Of a stretch of 64,000 bases of DNA, positions 15,510 through 31,821 are shown piece by piece. Below the pieces are notes generated by a model. It had not been told where the DNA came from, did not search any database, and worked only from the letters and a program-made list of their open reading frames with translations. Position 1 is the stretch's first letter. Each line of letters begins with the position of its first letter. The translations under genes were made by a program, and so were the position numbers. The stretch is from the human T2T-CHM13v2.0 reference genome, Homo sapiens: assembly GCF_009914755.1 (NCBI RefSeq), contig NC_060928.1; one strand, given 5' to 3'.

Positions 15510-15878
15510 AGCTCTCTTTACGAGAAAAGGAAGATCCTGGCTGGTCAGCATGAGGATGCCCGGGAGCTGAAGGAGAACCTGGATCGCAGGGAGCGAGTAG
15601 TGCTGGGCATCTTGGCCAATTACCTTTCAGAGGAGCAGCTCCAGGACTACCAGCACTTCGTGAAAATGAAGTCCACGCTCCTCATTGAGCAACGGAAGCT
15701 GGATGACAAGATCAAGCTGGGCCAGGAGCAGGTCAAGTGTCTGCTGGAGAGCCTGCCCTCAGATTTCATTCCCAAGGCTGGGGCCCTGGCTCTGCCCCCA
15801 AACCTCACGAGTGAGCCCATTCCTGCTGGGGGCTGTACTTTCAGTGGTATTTTCCCAACATTAACCTCTCCACTTTAA
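15510..15878 (+). CDS. SHROOM3: SHROOM3 terminal coding exon (end of SD2 domain plus C-terminal tail)
   Basis: Pyrimidine tract plus ggcAG at 15508-15509. In frame with the previous exon: [82 protein letters not shown]...FPTLTSPL, stop TAA at 15876-15878. Confidence 0.96.
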   Translation, partial: SSLYEKRKILAGQHEDARELKENLDRRERVVLGILANYLSEEQLQDYQHFVKMKSTLLIEQRKLDDKIKLGQEQVKCLLESLPSDFIPKAGALALPPNLTSEPIPAGGCTFSGIFPTLTSPL

Positions 15879-17826
15879 CCTCTTCTAAAATACCCAACCA
15901 AAAGATCACTGTTTCTCTCAACACTATTTAATCTGAAAAATGTTTCAGTACAAACCACTGTTTGAACTATCTGGGTTATTGGTGTTTGTTCCTGATGAAA
16001 GGAAAAAAATTCTCTCCAGGAGGAAGCCTTTTTCCTTCTTGCCCTTCCTGATTGATCTTCTGAGAGCTCGAATGCTGCTGGACACGTACCCCTTTCTATT
16101 ATTACTTTGTAGTAGAAAGAAAGTTAATGAAACTGAGAACTGATTGGAGGGTGTTTGATCATTTAGTTTTTAACAGGCTGAGGCAACATGGATCAGTGTG
16201 TGTCCCCCTCAGGAATGTATCCACAGTGGCCTTCCTTGCTGGTGGGCAGTGTATCCTGATGGCAGGGTACAAGTACCATTAATGAAGGGTCTGCAACATA
16301 AAGCCTTAAAAAGACACACACTAAGAAAACTGTAAAACCTTGAACATTGTTATTTATATTTTTTAAAATGGAAAAGATCACTATGTTTGTTGTGCTAACC
16401 ACTTATTTGATTCTGTTTTGTGGTGGACATAGATGATTACGTTTGAGCTTTGTATTTTGTGAAAACCTTAATGAAATGAATTCCAAAGATAGTCACGTTG
16501 AGCGTGAAGACTTTTTTTCTTACATTCCTGTCTTATTTTTACCAACACGAGCAGGCATTCTGCGCTTCCACTGGACTGAGTATGGGGGAGTCCTGCTCCC
16601 CTCCTGTCTCACACCTTCCCCAGGAGGAAGGCCTCATGCACTGCGGTTATTGCATCATTTCCTAGTGCTTCATGTCATTATCACTGGTGGGGAAACAAAG
16701 CTAAATTTTATTAACAAAGACAACTCTCAGACCTATATAATAGGAGGAGGACGTCCAGAATCCAACAAAATTCAAACGGAGCCCATGCTGTTCTCCTGAA
16801 CAAGATTTGGGCTAAATACGGCCTGTTTATTGAGGCTGTTTTAATGATGCTTTAAAAAAAAAAAATGTTTTCTAAAATGTCAAACCTGTTGACCACACTT
16901 TGATTAAAAACTGCCTCCTTAACCTCTGAAGACTGATTTTGCTTTATCATGTTTCAATAATAACATTTCAGAGGTTACTCTGTAGCCCCAGTTGTAAGCT
17001 TATAAAAACAAACTGGAAGGCTGAGGAGGTTATGGGCTGGCAGCCAGGCTATGTTTACAGCTGCTGGAGATGGCAGTAGCCTTATACTTTGAGCAGGTAG
17101 TACATCCCAGGCTGTGCTAGAGGTAGATTTGTTTTTTCACGTTTGATCTGTGGCTGGTGGCCACCTTTGTTGATTTGGGCTTACGAGTTTCATAGTAGCC
17201 AGTCTTAGAAAATTGGGGGAGTAAAATTTTGAAGTAAAAAAAAAAAAAAAATGACAAGGGAACCAAATGCTCCTTCTCCCCTTAGTACATTTTCATTACT
17301 TAATGAAGTTTTATCTCCTATGTAAGAATATCAAAATTGTAGTTTGGGTCTCCAGTAGAGATGTCTTTTGATTAACTTATAAACAACTGGCCACCCAGAA
17401 GTTTCCTTTGCATAGTCAACCAAAGCTATGGCTTTGTTCTTTGGAGCTTATATACTGCATGACTCCATTGATACAAATAAGACAGCACCTTGGTTTCCCA
17501 GGGATGTTTTCATTCAGAGGTCCTGTCTCCCAGGAAAGCAGTAGAACCAGTGACAGCATTCAACAGCCACACTGCATGGTCATCAGTCTTAGGCCAACAT
17601 GGGAGCCTGAAATTAACTCCATCAGTAACTACCTGTGTGTCTTGCTGATACTGAATGAGCCCTCACAAGCCAAGCCAGGTGGAAGACAGCCAGCAAACGT
17701 CTACAGTTATTCTTAGTGAAATTCCTCAGAGGAATCCAGGGGGCTCCCAGTTCCCAACACTCTTCGAGATGACCATTTTTCGGGATTTGACTGGGGAACA
17801 TTTTACATATTCAGTCTTTCTCAAAA

Positions 17827-18158
<332 letters not shown>

Positions 18159-19656
18159 TGACTCCCACAGCACAGTAACAGGCAATGCTGCTTGGCATGC
18201 CACAAACATCTGAAAGCTTGTGACACTCCTAGGATTGTGTCCATTCTTTCATTATGTGGAAACTTTGTTCTGTTATGTGAAATGGGTAAGGCACCAAGTG
18301 AGACTTTGAAATCTAATTTTTAGGTGGATGTGATATTTATTGTAATAGGACTTGACCTCTGTACTTTAAAGAAATCACTAACCAAATTTTCAAAGTTTCC
18401 TTTTAAATGCGTTTAGCTAGAAATCTATGTATTTATCCCTTTCCTATTTTGCATTCTTCTCCCACTATTTTTAAAAACTCATTTACAGTAGAAACCATTC
18501 TTCTTTCTCCCAACAGTATCCTTTGCCAAGACCATGAGAACAGTAAGGAGCATGTTGTTGGTCAGGGTTTCAGAATACGCGTGATGTCACTGAGAATGTT
18601 TGCTCACAGTCAATAATTGTCTTTGTGGATGTGATAATTTTGGAGATACACTTCTGGTCAGAACTCAGGTGAGATAATCTTGCAATACTCCAAATGCAGA
18701 TACTCCAGCCACCCGCAAGGTTCCAGGAAAGGACAATGTCCTGCGAGAAAATCAGGAGGCCTCCACTTCCTGGGCCACTTGAGAAGTTCCTGGGCATGTC
18801 ACTACATGTTGGTTGACTCAGCCATTTCTCATGCTGTTTTGTTTCTTGCGGTGGCCACTTAACCCCAAAGAATGAAGGGAGGATCCACAGTGAAAGTGCC
18901 TGAGTTTCTCTATGAGACCAGATGCTGTCGAAACCAAACATCTTTTCCTTTGCTCTATGGGAACATTTTAGGGTTTGTTTTGCACAGCTGGTTTCCAGAC
19001 TAGAAGATTAACAAGTTTGGGTCCACCCCTAAGAATCAGTGGCTGTCTTTTAAGGTGAGGAGTGTGGGCTTAACTGAGGTCCTTTGAGGGAGCTATAAAG
19101 GAGAAACAACCTGGGACATCCCAGTTTTCCTATTCCTCCACTGTTAATATCTCATCTAAAATAATTCATGAGTTTAAATGGTAAATATATGCTTTAAGCT
19201 CTACCTTTAAACTTGTATGTTATTCAGGCATCTCTTATTAAGATACTGGGTCTCTGGATACCCAAGGAAATGTTGGCTTTTTATTCTTATGTGGTTCCAA
19301 ATTTACTTCTCTTCAGTTTAATTGTCCATGGTAGTGCTGGCTTCATTGTTAGGTTGGAGTTATTATTTTCCTTTTAGAACAACATGAATTTTATTCACCT
19401 TACTATTAGAAAAAGGAATAACTACAGCCAGAAATAACTTCATTTCCTACAAGGTATAAAAAGTGGTCAAGTGAATGTGAAGGGGCTTTTCTACACAGGA
19501 ATATATTATCGGGAACAAAGTATTTCCTGCTGCCTTAACTCTTTGGGATGCATAGGATAAAATGATAAAGACCATTTTAATATCAGAAAGGGTTGTCTTA
19601 TTAATTTTTAAATAAAACTTCACATTTCTTAATGGGGAGCTCATTCAGAAACTAAA

Positions 19657-19818
19657 TAATGGTTTCTCAAAGTGTGGTCAGGATACGATCTGCATCAGAA
19701 TCCTTGGAATGCTTGTTAAAAATACCAATTGCTATGACAAAACCAAGTCTGCTGGAAACTGCATTTCAGCAGGTTTCCCATGTTATTCTGATGTATTTTA
19801 ACATTTGAGAGCCACTAC
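19657..19818. mobile_element. MER5-family MITE
   Basis: tggtttctcaaagtgtggtc...gcatcagaatc...cttgttaaaaat...tttgagagccact. Confidence 0.65.
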
Positions 19819-19899
19819 CAATCATCTGTACAGTTCCTACTGTTATGATCACAATAAGACTAACATGAATTTAATAATCTGAATAATTTTTAAAATTTA

Positions 19900-19934
19900 A
19901 ATAAACAGAAATTGAAGTTAAATTTAAAAATAAA
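19900..19934 (+). terminator. Candidate distal polyadenylation signals
   Basis: AATAAA at 19900-19905 and 19929-19934, followed by T/GT-rich sequence. Another AATAAA at 19611-19616. Confidence 0.55.
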
Positions 19935-21533
19935 AATAACCTCAGAAGTTGAAAGTCCTGTCATATTTATTCTATTAGCTATATAAGTTTATACTGTCTC
20001 CACTACTTTTATATAATCCCCAAGGTTGTGATACAGATTTTGTTCCCTGTTTACTCTTTTTTAGATCTGTTTTAAACAAGTTATGCACTTATTCAGATTT
20101 AATTGCACTAATTATTTTTCCTCAAAAGGAATCAGTTTTATCACACATTGCCAGTAATTTTAAGTTCTGCCCTGACTGAAATTAATCAACTGGCCTTTTC
20201 AGTGGGAACTTTACTGATTTAGTGGGAATCAGATTCCTGTTGCTTCATCACAAATGTTATCCTACATATGAGTTAGAACCTCTCCTTGGTGTGGATTTGA
20301 CAATTTAGCTAATGAAACAAGACTGTGTTCATTTTCTTTGAGAAATGAAAGCAGCTGTCACCCAATTTTGAAACTCTAAAATCAAAATTAGGCAAGAAGA
20401 AAGTTGTGAATGAAAAAACTGGCTCATTGATTCCTACTTCATTCTATAAATTATTCTCTAGGTGGAAAGGCAGCTGTATTTCTTGCTTAAACACTGGTAT
20501 TGCTATTGCTTTACAGTAGGTTGAACAGGGGAAATATTTATATAAAGAGTTATTAAATTCTGATAAACGAGTGACTATAGGACATAAGGAAATTCTCTCT
20601 GGTACCCTAGAGCTAAGGAAGAGTACTCAAGGAAAGACAAACTGGGAAAGAGTCCCAAGCCTGAGGTTCAGACCTCCTTGGAGAACTGAACTCGACCCAC
20701 ATAGCAGGGAAGTTAGCTGGTTTGCCCAGGCTGGAACTGGTCTGCAGTCCCTGAGCGCATAGGAAGCAACCCTCCAGAGTGCAGGCTGGGTCAGTCCACC
20801 AGCAACCAACAGCCTGGCTGTGCACAGAGTGGGGGCCTGCAGCAGGCGTGGCTGCCCAGTGGGAACCCTCCAGGTCACAGGTGATCCTCACAGGATCTTC
20901 AGAGAGTGAGGAGCCAGTGTTGGCAGAAGGCCTTCCGGGCACTGATGCAGCAGGAATCTTTCAGGGCTCAAGTTTGTAATCCACAGGCCCAGGAGAAGGT
21001 TATGGCCAGAATGAGGCTTCAAGGTCCCAAGGCACCACCAATTGTAGGCAGTGGTTGGAAGAGAACTCCATCAGATGTCCTCACACCCATACCACTGACC
21101 CATAAGGCAGCAGCCACAAAGGGCCCCAACAGCACCCCCTATGGAGAGAGCTTAACATCGTGCTGACTGTAAAAGATGCTTAAAAGGACCCTGCCCATTA
21201 CACAGACACTTGATTGAAGGGTTATTCCAGAGCTGAGCCAATAAATTGATAGCCGTCACAGACACATTGTTCTACATATATACCCTGGCATTATCTTCTG
21301 ATACCACATGTAATTTTATAGTTGCTGATTCTGTAAGAACCATTTCTCAGATAATAAAACAGTGCCTATAAAATGGCCAACATATCTCTTGAAGGAGGTG
21401 TCAAAAGGAAAGCAGTTTCTCATTTATGTTTTCTTTAAACATGCTCCATACACCTATATTACTCAAAGTATCTAAATCAATAGATTTAGATTCAGGCCGA
21501 TTTAAGAGCATGTCTAAGGTTTGTTTCTGTTGA

Positions 21534-21940
<407 letters not shown>

Positions 21941-22414
21941 TGTTTTGTTTGTTTGTTTTAATTTGAAAGAAAAATTAAGAATCTCACCTCATTTTAAATT
22001 TTAATAAATATAAAGAAGATGTTGCAATATTGTTTAAATATATGTAAGAGTGAATGAGAACTATTCCTCATCTCTAATTAGAACAGAATATAGGAATTGG
22101 CTTTATTTTGTAGTAATAAAAATTGATTTGATAAAAAGGAACAATTCAAAGGCAGCTCATGGATACGGAAATGAGAATTTTAAAAGCCCATCTTCCCTCA
22201 AAGATTAAAAGAAAAAAAAGAAATAGAATACCTAACCTTGTATGCAATGGTTTAGAGCAGATTTATTAAAAGGCAGGGAGGTAGTCGGATGTCTCCTTCC
22301 AGTGAAAGTAGATAGGCAGAAAAGGAACTTAAGCTTAGGATAAAAAGAACAAACAACATCTTCCAAGTTGCCTCAAAAGGTCAACCTCAGTTTGATAATG
22401 TATCACTCAATGTG

Positions 22415-22793
<379 letters not shown>

Positions 22794-24332
22794 CTAACTA
22801 AGGAGTAATGTGCTTAGGAAGAAGAAACTAAGAAAATCAATTTACGGTGTGGTTAAGTAATGTGCCTCTACAGGTAGATGAGAGAGACGCATGTGTAGGA
22901 AGGGAGGTACAGCAGGAAAACTGTGTGTTCATCATGACTCTGGATGATTAAATATGTGCATTCACACAGGTAATTGAGAAGATATATGGTATGTCTGCTA
23001 ACAAAAGTAGAACTACAGCTCTTCAGATCATATTGATCAGAAATCAGTAGAAAGTACCAAATAAAGACTTCTATCTACAGGAGATTCGTGGCATTGAGCA
23101 AGATGGCCAACTGGAAGCCCCTGGTGCTCGTCTCTCTCACAATGACAACCAGAACAATGAATAAACAACTACATTTTAACAAAAATAAGTGAGGGACGGT
23201 GCATCAGAGAAGTAACAGAAACCCCAGTGAGCAGAGAAATTCAGGATGGCCAAAGAGAATGGAAGGAAATCCTGGGCCTCTATTGCCCTGTCCCCAAACT
23301 GGGACTAGCTGGGAACCAGGAAGAACTTCTTCTTATGGTGAGGAGGTAAGAGGATTCCATAAATCCCCATCAGCACCTTGGATATCTACAAACCTCACCA
23401 CTGGAGTCCCCTGCAGTCCTCACAGTTACTCAACCCAGCTGGGGGAGCTGCCTGGAGTCCACATAGCGTGCTCCTCCCAGAGAAGGAGCCAACACCATGC
23501 TGTGCCCCACGGCCCATGTGGCTGCTGCGCTATACCATCTTGGAACTAAAACTACAGCTGGAGTGTGTCTTGCTCCAGGGGTGCATAGCCACGGCTCCCT
23601 TTCATCCCTGAGGCTAAGCTGCCACTAAACCACCCCATCCCAGTGGCCTGACATCCCCAAGCTGAGCTGCAAGTAGCTGTTACAGCCTTCCCCAGGGCCA
23701 AGCAGAGGTGGAGTCACTCCACCTACCCCTACCCCTGCCCTTTCAGGCCGGAGCTGAAGTGGCACCCTGCCTCCCAGCAACAGTACCTAAGCCGTTCAGA
23801 GCAGCCACTCTTCCCCTATGCCTAAGTTGAAGCAGCACTCTGCATCCCAAGAAATGATGCCTTGGCTGCCACGCAGAGCAGCCATGCACCCTAGGACTTA
23901 CGCTGATGCAGGGCCCTGCAACTGAGGGAAATGGTCCCTGAGCCACCCAGAACAGTCATGCCTCCCAGTCCTGAAGCAGCACAGCCCCTGGGGAATCGGT
24001 GCCTTGGCCAAGCTGAGCAGCTGTGATTCCAGGGCTGAGCTGATGTAGTACCCCATATCCCAGGGAAATAGAGCAGTGGTTGAGGTGAGACACCCTGCCC
24101 TACAGGCCAAACAACTCCAGTACCCTGTGCTTCCTTGGGGCTGGACTAGCTCCCTCAAGTACAAACTGCTGAGATGCCCCTCTTCTTGGGAAGTGAAGAT
24201 ATCACTTGCTGTTCCCTGCTCCCCCAAGGCCCAAATGAGAGATGTGCTCCACCATTCTGGGACACTTGCTGCCACCGCACCTGGCCTCTCACTCTGGGAC
24301 ACTGCCGGGTCCCACCATCCCATGGTCTAGAG

Positions 24333-24548
24333 GAGGGGTATCCAATCATTTGGTTTCCCTGGGCCACAGTGGAAGAAAAATAGTCTTGGGCCACACGTAA
24401 AATGCACTAACACTAACGAAAGGTGACAATAGCTGACAAGCTTAAAAAAAAAACTCAATGTTTTAAGAAAGTTTATGAATTTGTGTTGGGCCACATACAA
24501 AGTCATCTGAACCACATGTGGCCACACACCATAAGTTAGATAAGCTTA
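24333..24548 (+). mobile_element. MER30 (hAT-Charlie) inserted in the L1 5' UTR
   Basis: aggggtatccaatc...tccctgggccaca...aagctt, with 8-bp TSD gtctagag/gtttagag. Confidence 0.85.
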
Positions 24549-25357
24549 GTTTAGAGTCACTACTACACGGTCACCTTATGGGACCTGAGTTGCCACTGAG
24601 CCCTATTGGCTCAAGTTCCCAGATTGCAGGGATCTCCTGCTCCCCAGGCCCAAACCTCCAGAGCACCTTGTTCTTCCTGAGTCTGGCCAGTGGTGTGCCT
24701 GCATCCAGTGGAAGAACCATCACCACAACCCTGCCTGAGCTACAAGGGATGACTCAGAGTTACCGATTCTGGCAGTGTGGGCAACCTACATCCAACCCTG
24801 CCACAGAGAGCAAATCTACACCCCAAGACCCAAGTGCCACAATGGGTTTGTAAGACTCTGAGCCCTACAGCTGCTCTGAGCACCTGCACCTCAAACCCAG
24901 TGCTGATGCAGCTGCTTGTAGACCATGTCATACCTGACACCAAGAGGAATCCCTTTAACTCCCCTCATCTACTTGAATACAATAATAGAAGAAGACTTCA
25001 ACACCCCACTGTCAGCACTGGACAAATTATCAAGACAGAAAATTAACAAAGAAACATTGGATTTAAACTGCCCTTTAGGTCAAATGAACCTAACAGACAT
25101 TTACAAAACATTTCATCCAACAGCTGCACAATACATATTCTTTTTATCAGCACATGGGATACTCTCCAGGATAAACCCCATGTCAGGCCACAAAACAAGT
25201 CTTGAAAATTTTTAAATAATTAAAATTATGTCAAGTATCTTTTCTGACCACAATAGAATAAAAATAGAAATCAATAAGAAGAACTTTACAAATATGGAAA
25301 TTAAACAACATGTTCCTGAATGACCAATGGGTCAATGAAGAAGTCAAGAAGGAAATT

Positions 25358-25662
25358 AGCCAGGCACGGTGGCTCATGTTTATAATCCCATCCGTTGGGA
25401 AGGCTGAGGCAGGAGGATTGCTTGAGCCCAGGAGTTTGAGACAAGCCTCAGTAACATAGCAAGAGTCTATATCTACAAAATACTTTTTTAAAAAATTAGC
25501 CAGGCATAGTGGCAGTCTCCTATAGTCCTTGCTACTCAGGAGGCTGGGACAGGAGGATTGCTTGAGCTGAGGTGTTCAAGGCTGCAATGAGCTATGACTA
25601 CACCACTGCATTCCAGCCTGGGGAACAGAGCAAGATCCTGTCTCTAAAAAAATGAAATAAAA
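25358..25662 (+). mobile_element. AluJ inside L1
   Basis: Full dimer with aaggaaa flanks. Confidence 0.88.
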
Positions 25663-26261
25663 AAGGAAAAACTTTTAAAATTTTTTGAAACAAATGAAAA
25701 TAGAAACAACATACTAAAACCTATGGAATACAACAAAAGCAGTATTAAGAAGAACATTTATGGCAATAAACACCTACATCAAAAAAATTTAAAGGTTTCA
25801 AATAAACAGTGTAACAATGTGTCTCAAGAAACTAGAAAAGCAAGAATAAACCAAACCCAAAATTAGAAGGAAAGAAATACTAAAGATCAGAGCAGAAAGA
25901 AACAAAATTCGGACTAAAAACAAATACAATTAAAAAAAAATCAGTGAAATGAAAAGTTGGTTTTTTGAAAAGATGAACAAAAATTGACAAACCACTAGCT
26001 AGACTAACCAAGAAAAAAGAGAAAAACCCCAAATAAAATCAGAAGCAAAAAAGGAGACAGTACAACTGACACTACAGAAATACAAAGGATCACTACAAAC
26101 TATTACTAACAACTATGTGCCAACAAGTTAGAAAACCTGGCAAAAATGGATAAATTCCTGGACCATACAACCTACCAAGATTGAACCAAGAATAAATAGG
26201 AAGTCTAAATACACCAACAAGTAACAAGATTGAATCTGTAATAAAAAGTCTACCATCAAGG

Positions 26262-26631
<370 letters not shown>

Positions 26632-26749
26632 TTAAAGAAGGACTAATACCAATTCTTCTCAAACTCTTCCAGATAATTGAAGAGGAAGAAATTCTTCCAA
26701 ACTCGTTCTGTGAGCCCAGTATTGATATCAAAACCAGACAAGGATGGAC

Positions 26750-26750
26750 A

Positions 26751-26791
<41 letters not shown>
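26750..26791. repeat. (CA)n microsatellite
   Basis: About 20 CA units. Confidence 0.95.
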
Positions 26792-26793
<2 letters not shown>

Positions 26794-28613
26794 CTATAGG
26801 CCAATATTCCTGATGAACATAGATACAAAAATGCTCAACAAAATAATAGCAAACTGAATCTGGCAGCACATTAAAAACATCATTCACCATACATAATCAA
26901 GCCAGATTTATCCCAGGGATACAAGTATAGTTTAACATATGCAAATCAATAAACACGATACATCACATTAATATAATAGAGGGCAAAAACCATATGATCA
27001 TCTCAATAGACACGGAAAAAGCATTTGATAAAATTCAACATACCTTCATGATAAACACCTCCAACAAGGTAAGTATAGAAAGAATATACCTCAACACAAT
27101 AAAGACCATATATAACAAACTCACAATCAACATCATACCAAATGAGGAAAAGTTGAAATCCTTTCCTCCAAACTCTGCAACAACACAACAGTGTCCACTT
27201 TCCTCACTTTTATTCAACATAGTACAGGAATTCCTAGCCAGAGCAATTAGGCAACAGAAAGAAATAAAGGGCATCCAAACTGGAAAAGAGGAAGTCAAAT
27301 TTTCTGTTTGCAGATAATGTGACGTTATATATAGAAAACCCTAAAAAGCTGTACTAGAAAACTCTTAGAACTGATAAATTCAGTAAAGTTGCAGTGTACA
27401 AAATCAATATACAAAAATCAATAGCATTTCTATACACCAGCAACAAAGTAGCAGAAAAAGAAGTCAAAGTAATCCCATTTACAATAGCTACCAAAAAATA
27501 ATAATAAAAGGCCTAGGCATAAAATGAACCAAGCAGGTGAAAGATTTCTAGAAGAAAATCTATAAAACACCAATGAAAGAAATGTAAGAGGATGAAAAAA
27601 AAAAAAAAAGAAAGAAAAGATATTCCATGTTCATGGCTTGGAAGAATATTGTGAAAATGACCATACTACCAAAAGCTATCTATAGATTCAATACAATCCC
27701 TGCCAAAATACTAATGACATTCTTCACAAAAATAGAAAAAAAAATCCTAAAATTCACACAGAACCATTTAAAAATGGGCTAATGAGCTCAATAAACACCT
27801 CAAAAGAAGACATACAAATGGCCAGCTGGGATATGAAAAAATGCTCAACATCACTAAATTTTCAACATCAGAGAAACAAAAATCAAAACCACAATGAGGT
27901 ATCATGTCAGTCCAATTAGAACAGCTATTATCAAAAAAACAAAAAATAAATTCTGGCAAGGATGTGAAGAAGGGGGAACTCTTATACAATCTTGGTGGGA
28001 ATGTAAATTAGTACGGACATTATGGAAAGCTGTACAGAGGTTCTTCAAAAAACTAAAGACAGAACTATCACATAATCCAGCAATCTCACTACTGGGTATA
28101 TATACAAAAGAAAGGAAATTAGTATGTCAAAGAGGTATCTGCACCCCCATCTTTATTCCAGCACTATTCACAATACCCTAAGATAGACTCAACCTAAGTG
28201 TCAGTCAATAGATGAATGGATAAAGAAAATGTGTTATATATACCCAATGGAACACTATTTAGCCACAAAAAAGAACAAATCTCTGTCATTCATGACAACA
28301 TGGTTGAGCTAGGAGGACATTATCTTAAGTGAAATAAGCCAGACACAAAGACAAACACAGTATGCTCTCACTCATAGTGGAGGCTAAAAAAGTTGACCTC
28401 ATACTGAACATATCTAAGGCAAAATAGAGATGATGAAAGGGTCAGTGAACTTTAAATAGATCAATAGGAATTCAGTTTGAATAACAGAAAAAATGAAGGA
28501 TTTTAATAAATTACAAAGAACCAGGAGTCTGTAATTGTAATCTCTAGACTATGAATTTTAAAATGCAAAAAGTTATAACTAAAAGGCCAGTTAATAAGTT
28601 AAAATAAAATTTT

Positions 28614-28940
<327 letters not shown>

Positions 28941-29431
28941 TCAAAAGAGAGCAGGAAAGGAAGAACAGAGAAACAAAGAAGAAAGGAGACAAACAGAAAA
29001 CATTAATACTTTAACCCTAAACTCAACATTATCAGTAACTGTACTACATTTTAGTGAGCTAAACATTCCAATTTAAAGGTAGTAATTGTCCAAATAAATT
29101 ATAAAGCCAAGACCCAACTTTATTTTCAAGATACACTTAAATATTTAGAAAGTAATATATTAAAGGTAATTAGATGAAAAATGATATGCAATCAGTACCA
29201 TGCAATCAGTAACCATAAAACTGAAGTGGCTATATTAATATCAGATAAAATACATACAAGACTAAAAGTTTTACCACAGATAAAGAGGGCAATTTCATAG
29301 TGATAAAAGTGTCAATTCATCAAAAAATATAATACATATCTATTTGAAAAGCTTCAAAATACATAACACAATTGACAAAATTAAAGAGAGAATATAAATC
29401 TATGATCTTAATATCTCTCCCTAATCAATTA

Positions 29432-29580
29432 ATAGGATAAATACCTAATGCATGTGGGGCTTACTACCTAGATGACAGGTTGATAGGTTCAGCAAACCAC
29501 CATGGCACATGTTTACCTATGTAACAAACCTGCACGTTCTGCACACGTATCTTGGAACTTAAAGCAAGATTTTTAAAAAA
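29432..29580 (+). mobile_element. Short L1PA 3'-end fragment
   Basis: atacctaatgcatgtggggctt...aaaccaccatggcacatgtttacctatgtaacaaacctgcac. Confidence 0.85.
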
Positions 29581-30109
29581 TAGTAAAAACTAGGCCAAAA
29601 ATTCTCGGTAAGCACACAGATGATTGGAACAAGGTCAATTATCTTGACCTAACTGATATTTTAGAACATTAAACCTAATAAGTGAAGAATACACATTTTT
29701 CAATTACACATGATATACGCACCAAGATAGACCATATACATGCCCATAAAACAAGTCTCAATAAAATGAAAAGCATTAAAACCACAGATTATATTCCCTG
29801 ACAATGAAATTAGAAGTAACAATAAGATATGTAGGAAAATCCCAAATATTTGGAAATTAAAATGCTTTCATACTGTACCCAAACCAAAGAGGAGATAAGA
29901 AAAATTAGAAAATACTTTAAACTGAGTAATAATGAAATACATCAAAAATTGTGGAATACATTGAAGGAAGTGAATAGAGGGAAATTAATAGTGTGTATAT
30001 GTATACATCATGATTCTATTTGCCAATACAATCTATGGTAGAAAATGCTTATAACAGAAAAGAAGAATAGACTAAAATCAATAGCTAAGGTTCTACTTTA
30101 AAAGCTCCA

Positions 30110-30345
30110 GCTGGGCACAATGGCTCACGCCTGTAATCCTAGCACTTCGGGAGGCCAAGGCAAAAGGATTGCTTGAGCGCAGGAATTTGGGACTAGCCTG
30201 GATAACACAGCAAGATCTCATCTCTACAAAAAATTTTTTTAAATAAAAAAAATCAGCTGGGCATGGTGGTGTGCACCTGTAGTCCTAGCTACCAGCGAGG
30301 CTGAGCAAGTCTGACTGTGTTTCTTTCTTTTTTTTTTTTTTTTAA
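30110..30345 (+). mobile_element. AluJ with internal deletion, ending in a T-tract
   Basis: Left monomer and partial right monomer, then gagcaagtctgactgtg and poly-T. Confidence 0.75.
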
Positions 30346-30997
30346 TAAAGGTAGAGCAAACCAAAACTAAGGAGGAAGAAGAAAATAATAAAGGCAAGAA
30401 CAAAACTCAACAAAGGACAAAAACAACTGAGGAAATTAACAAAAGCAAAAGTCAACAGAACTGATAATTCCCCAATTTAATCCAGGAAAAAAAATGAGAA
30501 TATAAATTACCTACATCAGGAAGGATCTAACAAGAGAATATTATGAACTTTACGCAAAAAAATTTCAACAATGTAGAGGAAATGGATACTTCCTCAAAAA
30601 ATACAATTAACCCAAACATCTATGGCTAATGTTATACTTAATAGTGAAATATTGAAAGTTCCCCCTAAAATTGGGATCAAGGCAAGGATATCCACTGCAA
30701 CTACCTCTATTTTACGTTATAGTGGAGGTCCTAGCCTTTGCCATGAGGCAAAAAGAATAAAAGACAAAAACTTGCAAAGGAAGAAGTAAAATTATCTCTA
30801 TTTGCATATGATGTAATTGTTTACAAAAAAGTCTAAAGCAATCTAAAACAACTGTTAGAACTAATAAGTGAATTTAACAGGGTTTCAAGATATAAGGTAA
30901 ATATACAAAAACAATTGTATTCCTGTATACTAGCAGCAAACAACTGAAAACTAACCAGAACTTTAATTTATAATTGTATTATAAAATAAAATATTCA

Positions 30998-31298
<301 letters not shown>

Positions 31299-31821
31299 TC
31301 AGGAACAAATATAGTCAAAGACATGCAAGACTACTCTACTGATAACTATAAAACATTACTGAGAGAAATTAAGGCATTTAAAATAAATGGAAACATGCCA
31401 ATTCTACCCAAACTGATCATAGATTCAATGTAATCCAGTGATAATAATCCCAGCCTTTTTTAATTGACAAGCTTGTTATAAAATTTATATGGATTTTCAA
31501 AGACTCTAGGATAGCTAAGGCATTTTGAAAAATAACAACAAATTTGGAGTATGTATATTACCTGACTGCAAGACTTACCATAAAGATTAATCAAGAAAGT
31601 GTGGTACTGGCTTAAGGATCAAGATACAGATTTATGGAACAGAATACAGCCCAGAAATAGGATGGCACTTACAGGGCCATTTGATTTTTCAAAAGAGGCA
31701 CCAAAACAAATAGGGAAGAAGGTCCTTTCAACAAATAAAACTGTAATAATCTGATGTTCATACTGGAAAAAAATAAACTGGGTCCCTCTTCACACCACAC
31801 ACAAAAGTCAACTGTAAATGA

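Noticed and set aside
16855-17251. A-runs at ~16855 and ~17236 as possible transcript ends
   Set aside because: Genomic A-tracts without an upstream canonical AATAAA; likely oligo-dT internal priming sites.
18570-18941. 123-aa antisense ORF in the 3' UTR
   Set aside because: No homology recognised; compatible with chance.
20580-21260. GC-richer block with several short ORFs as a possible pseudogene
   Set aside because: No protein similarity recognised; the distal part looks like a very old MaLR-type LTR (low confidence).
23600-24250. Semi-regular short motifs resembling a repeat-spacer array
   Set aside because: Degenerate modules of an old L1 5' UTR; no identical repeats, no cas genes, eukaryotic context.
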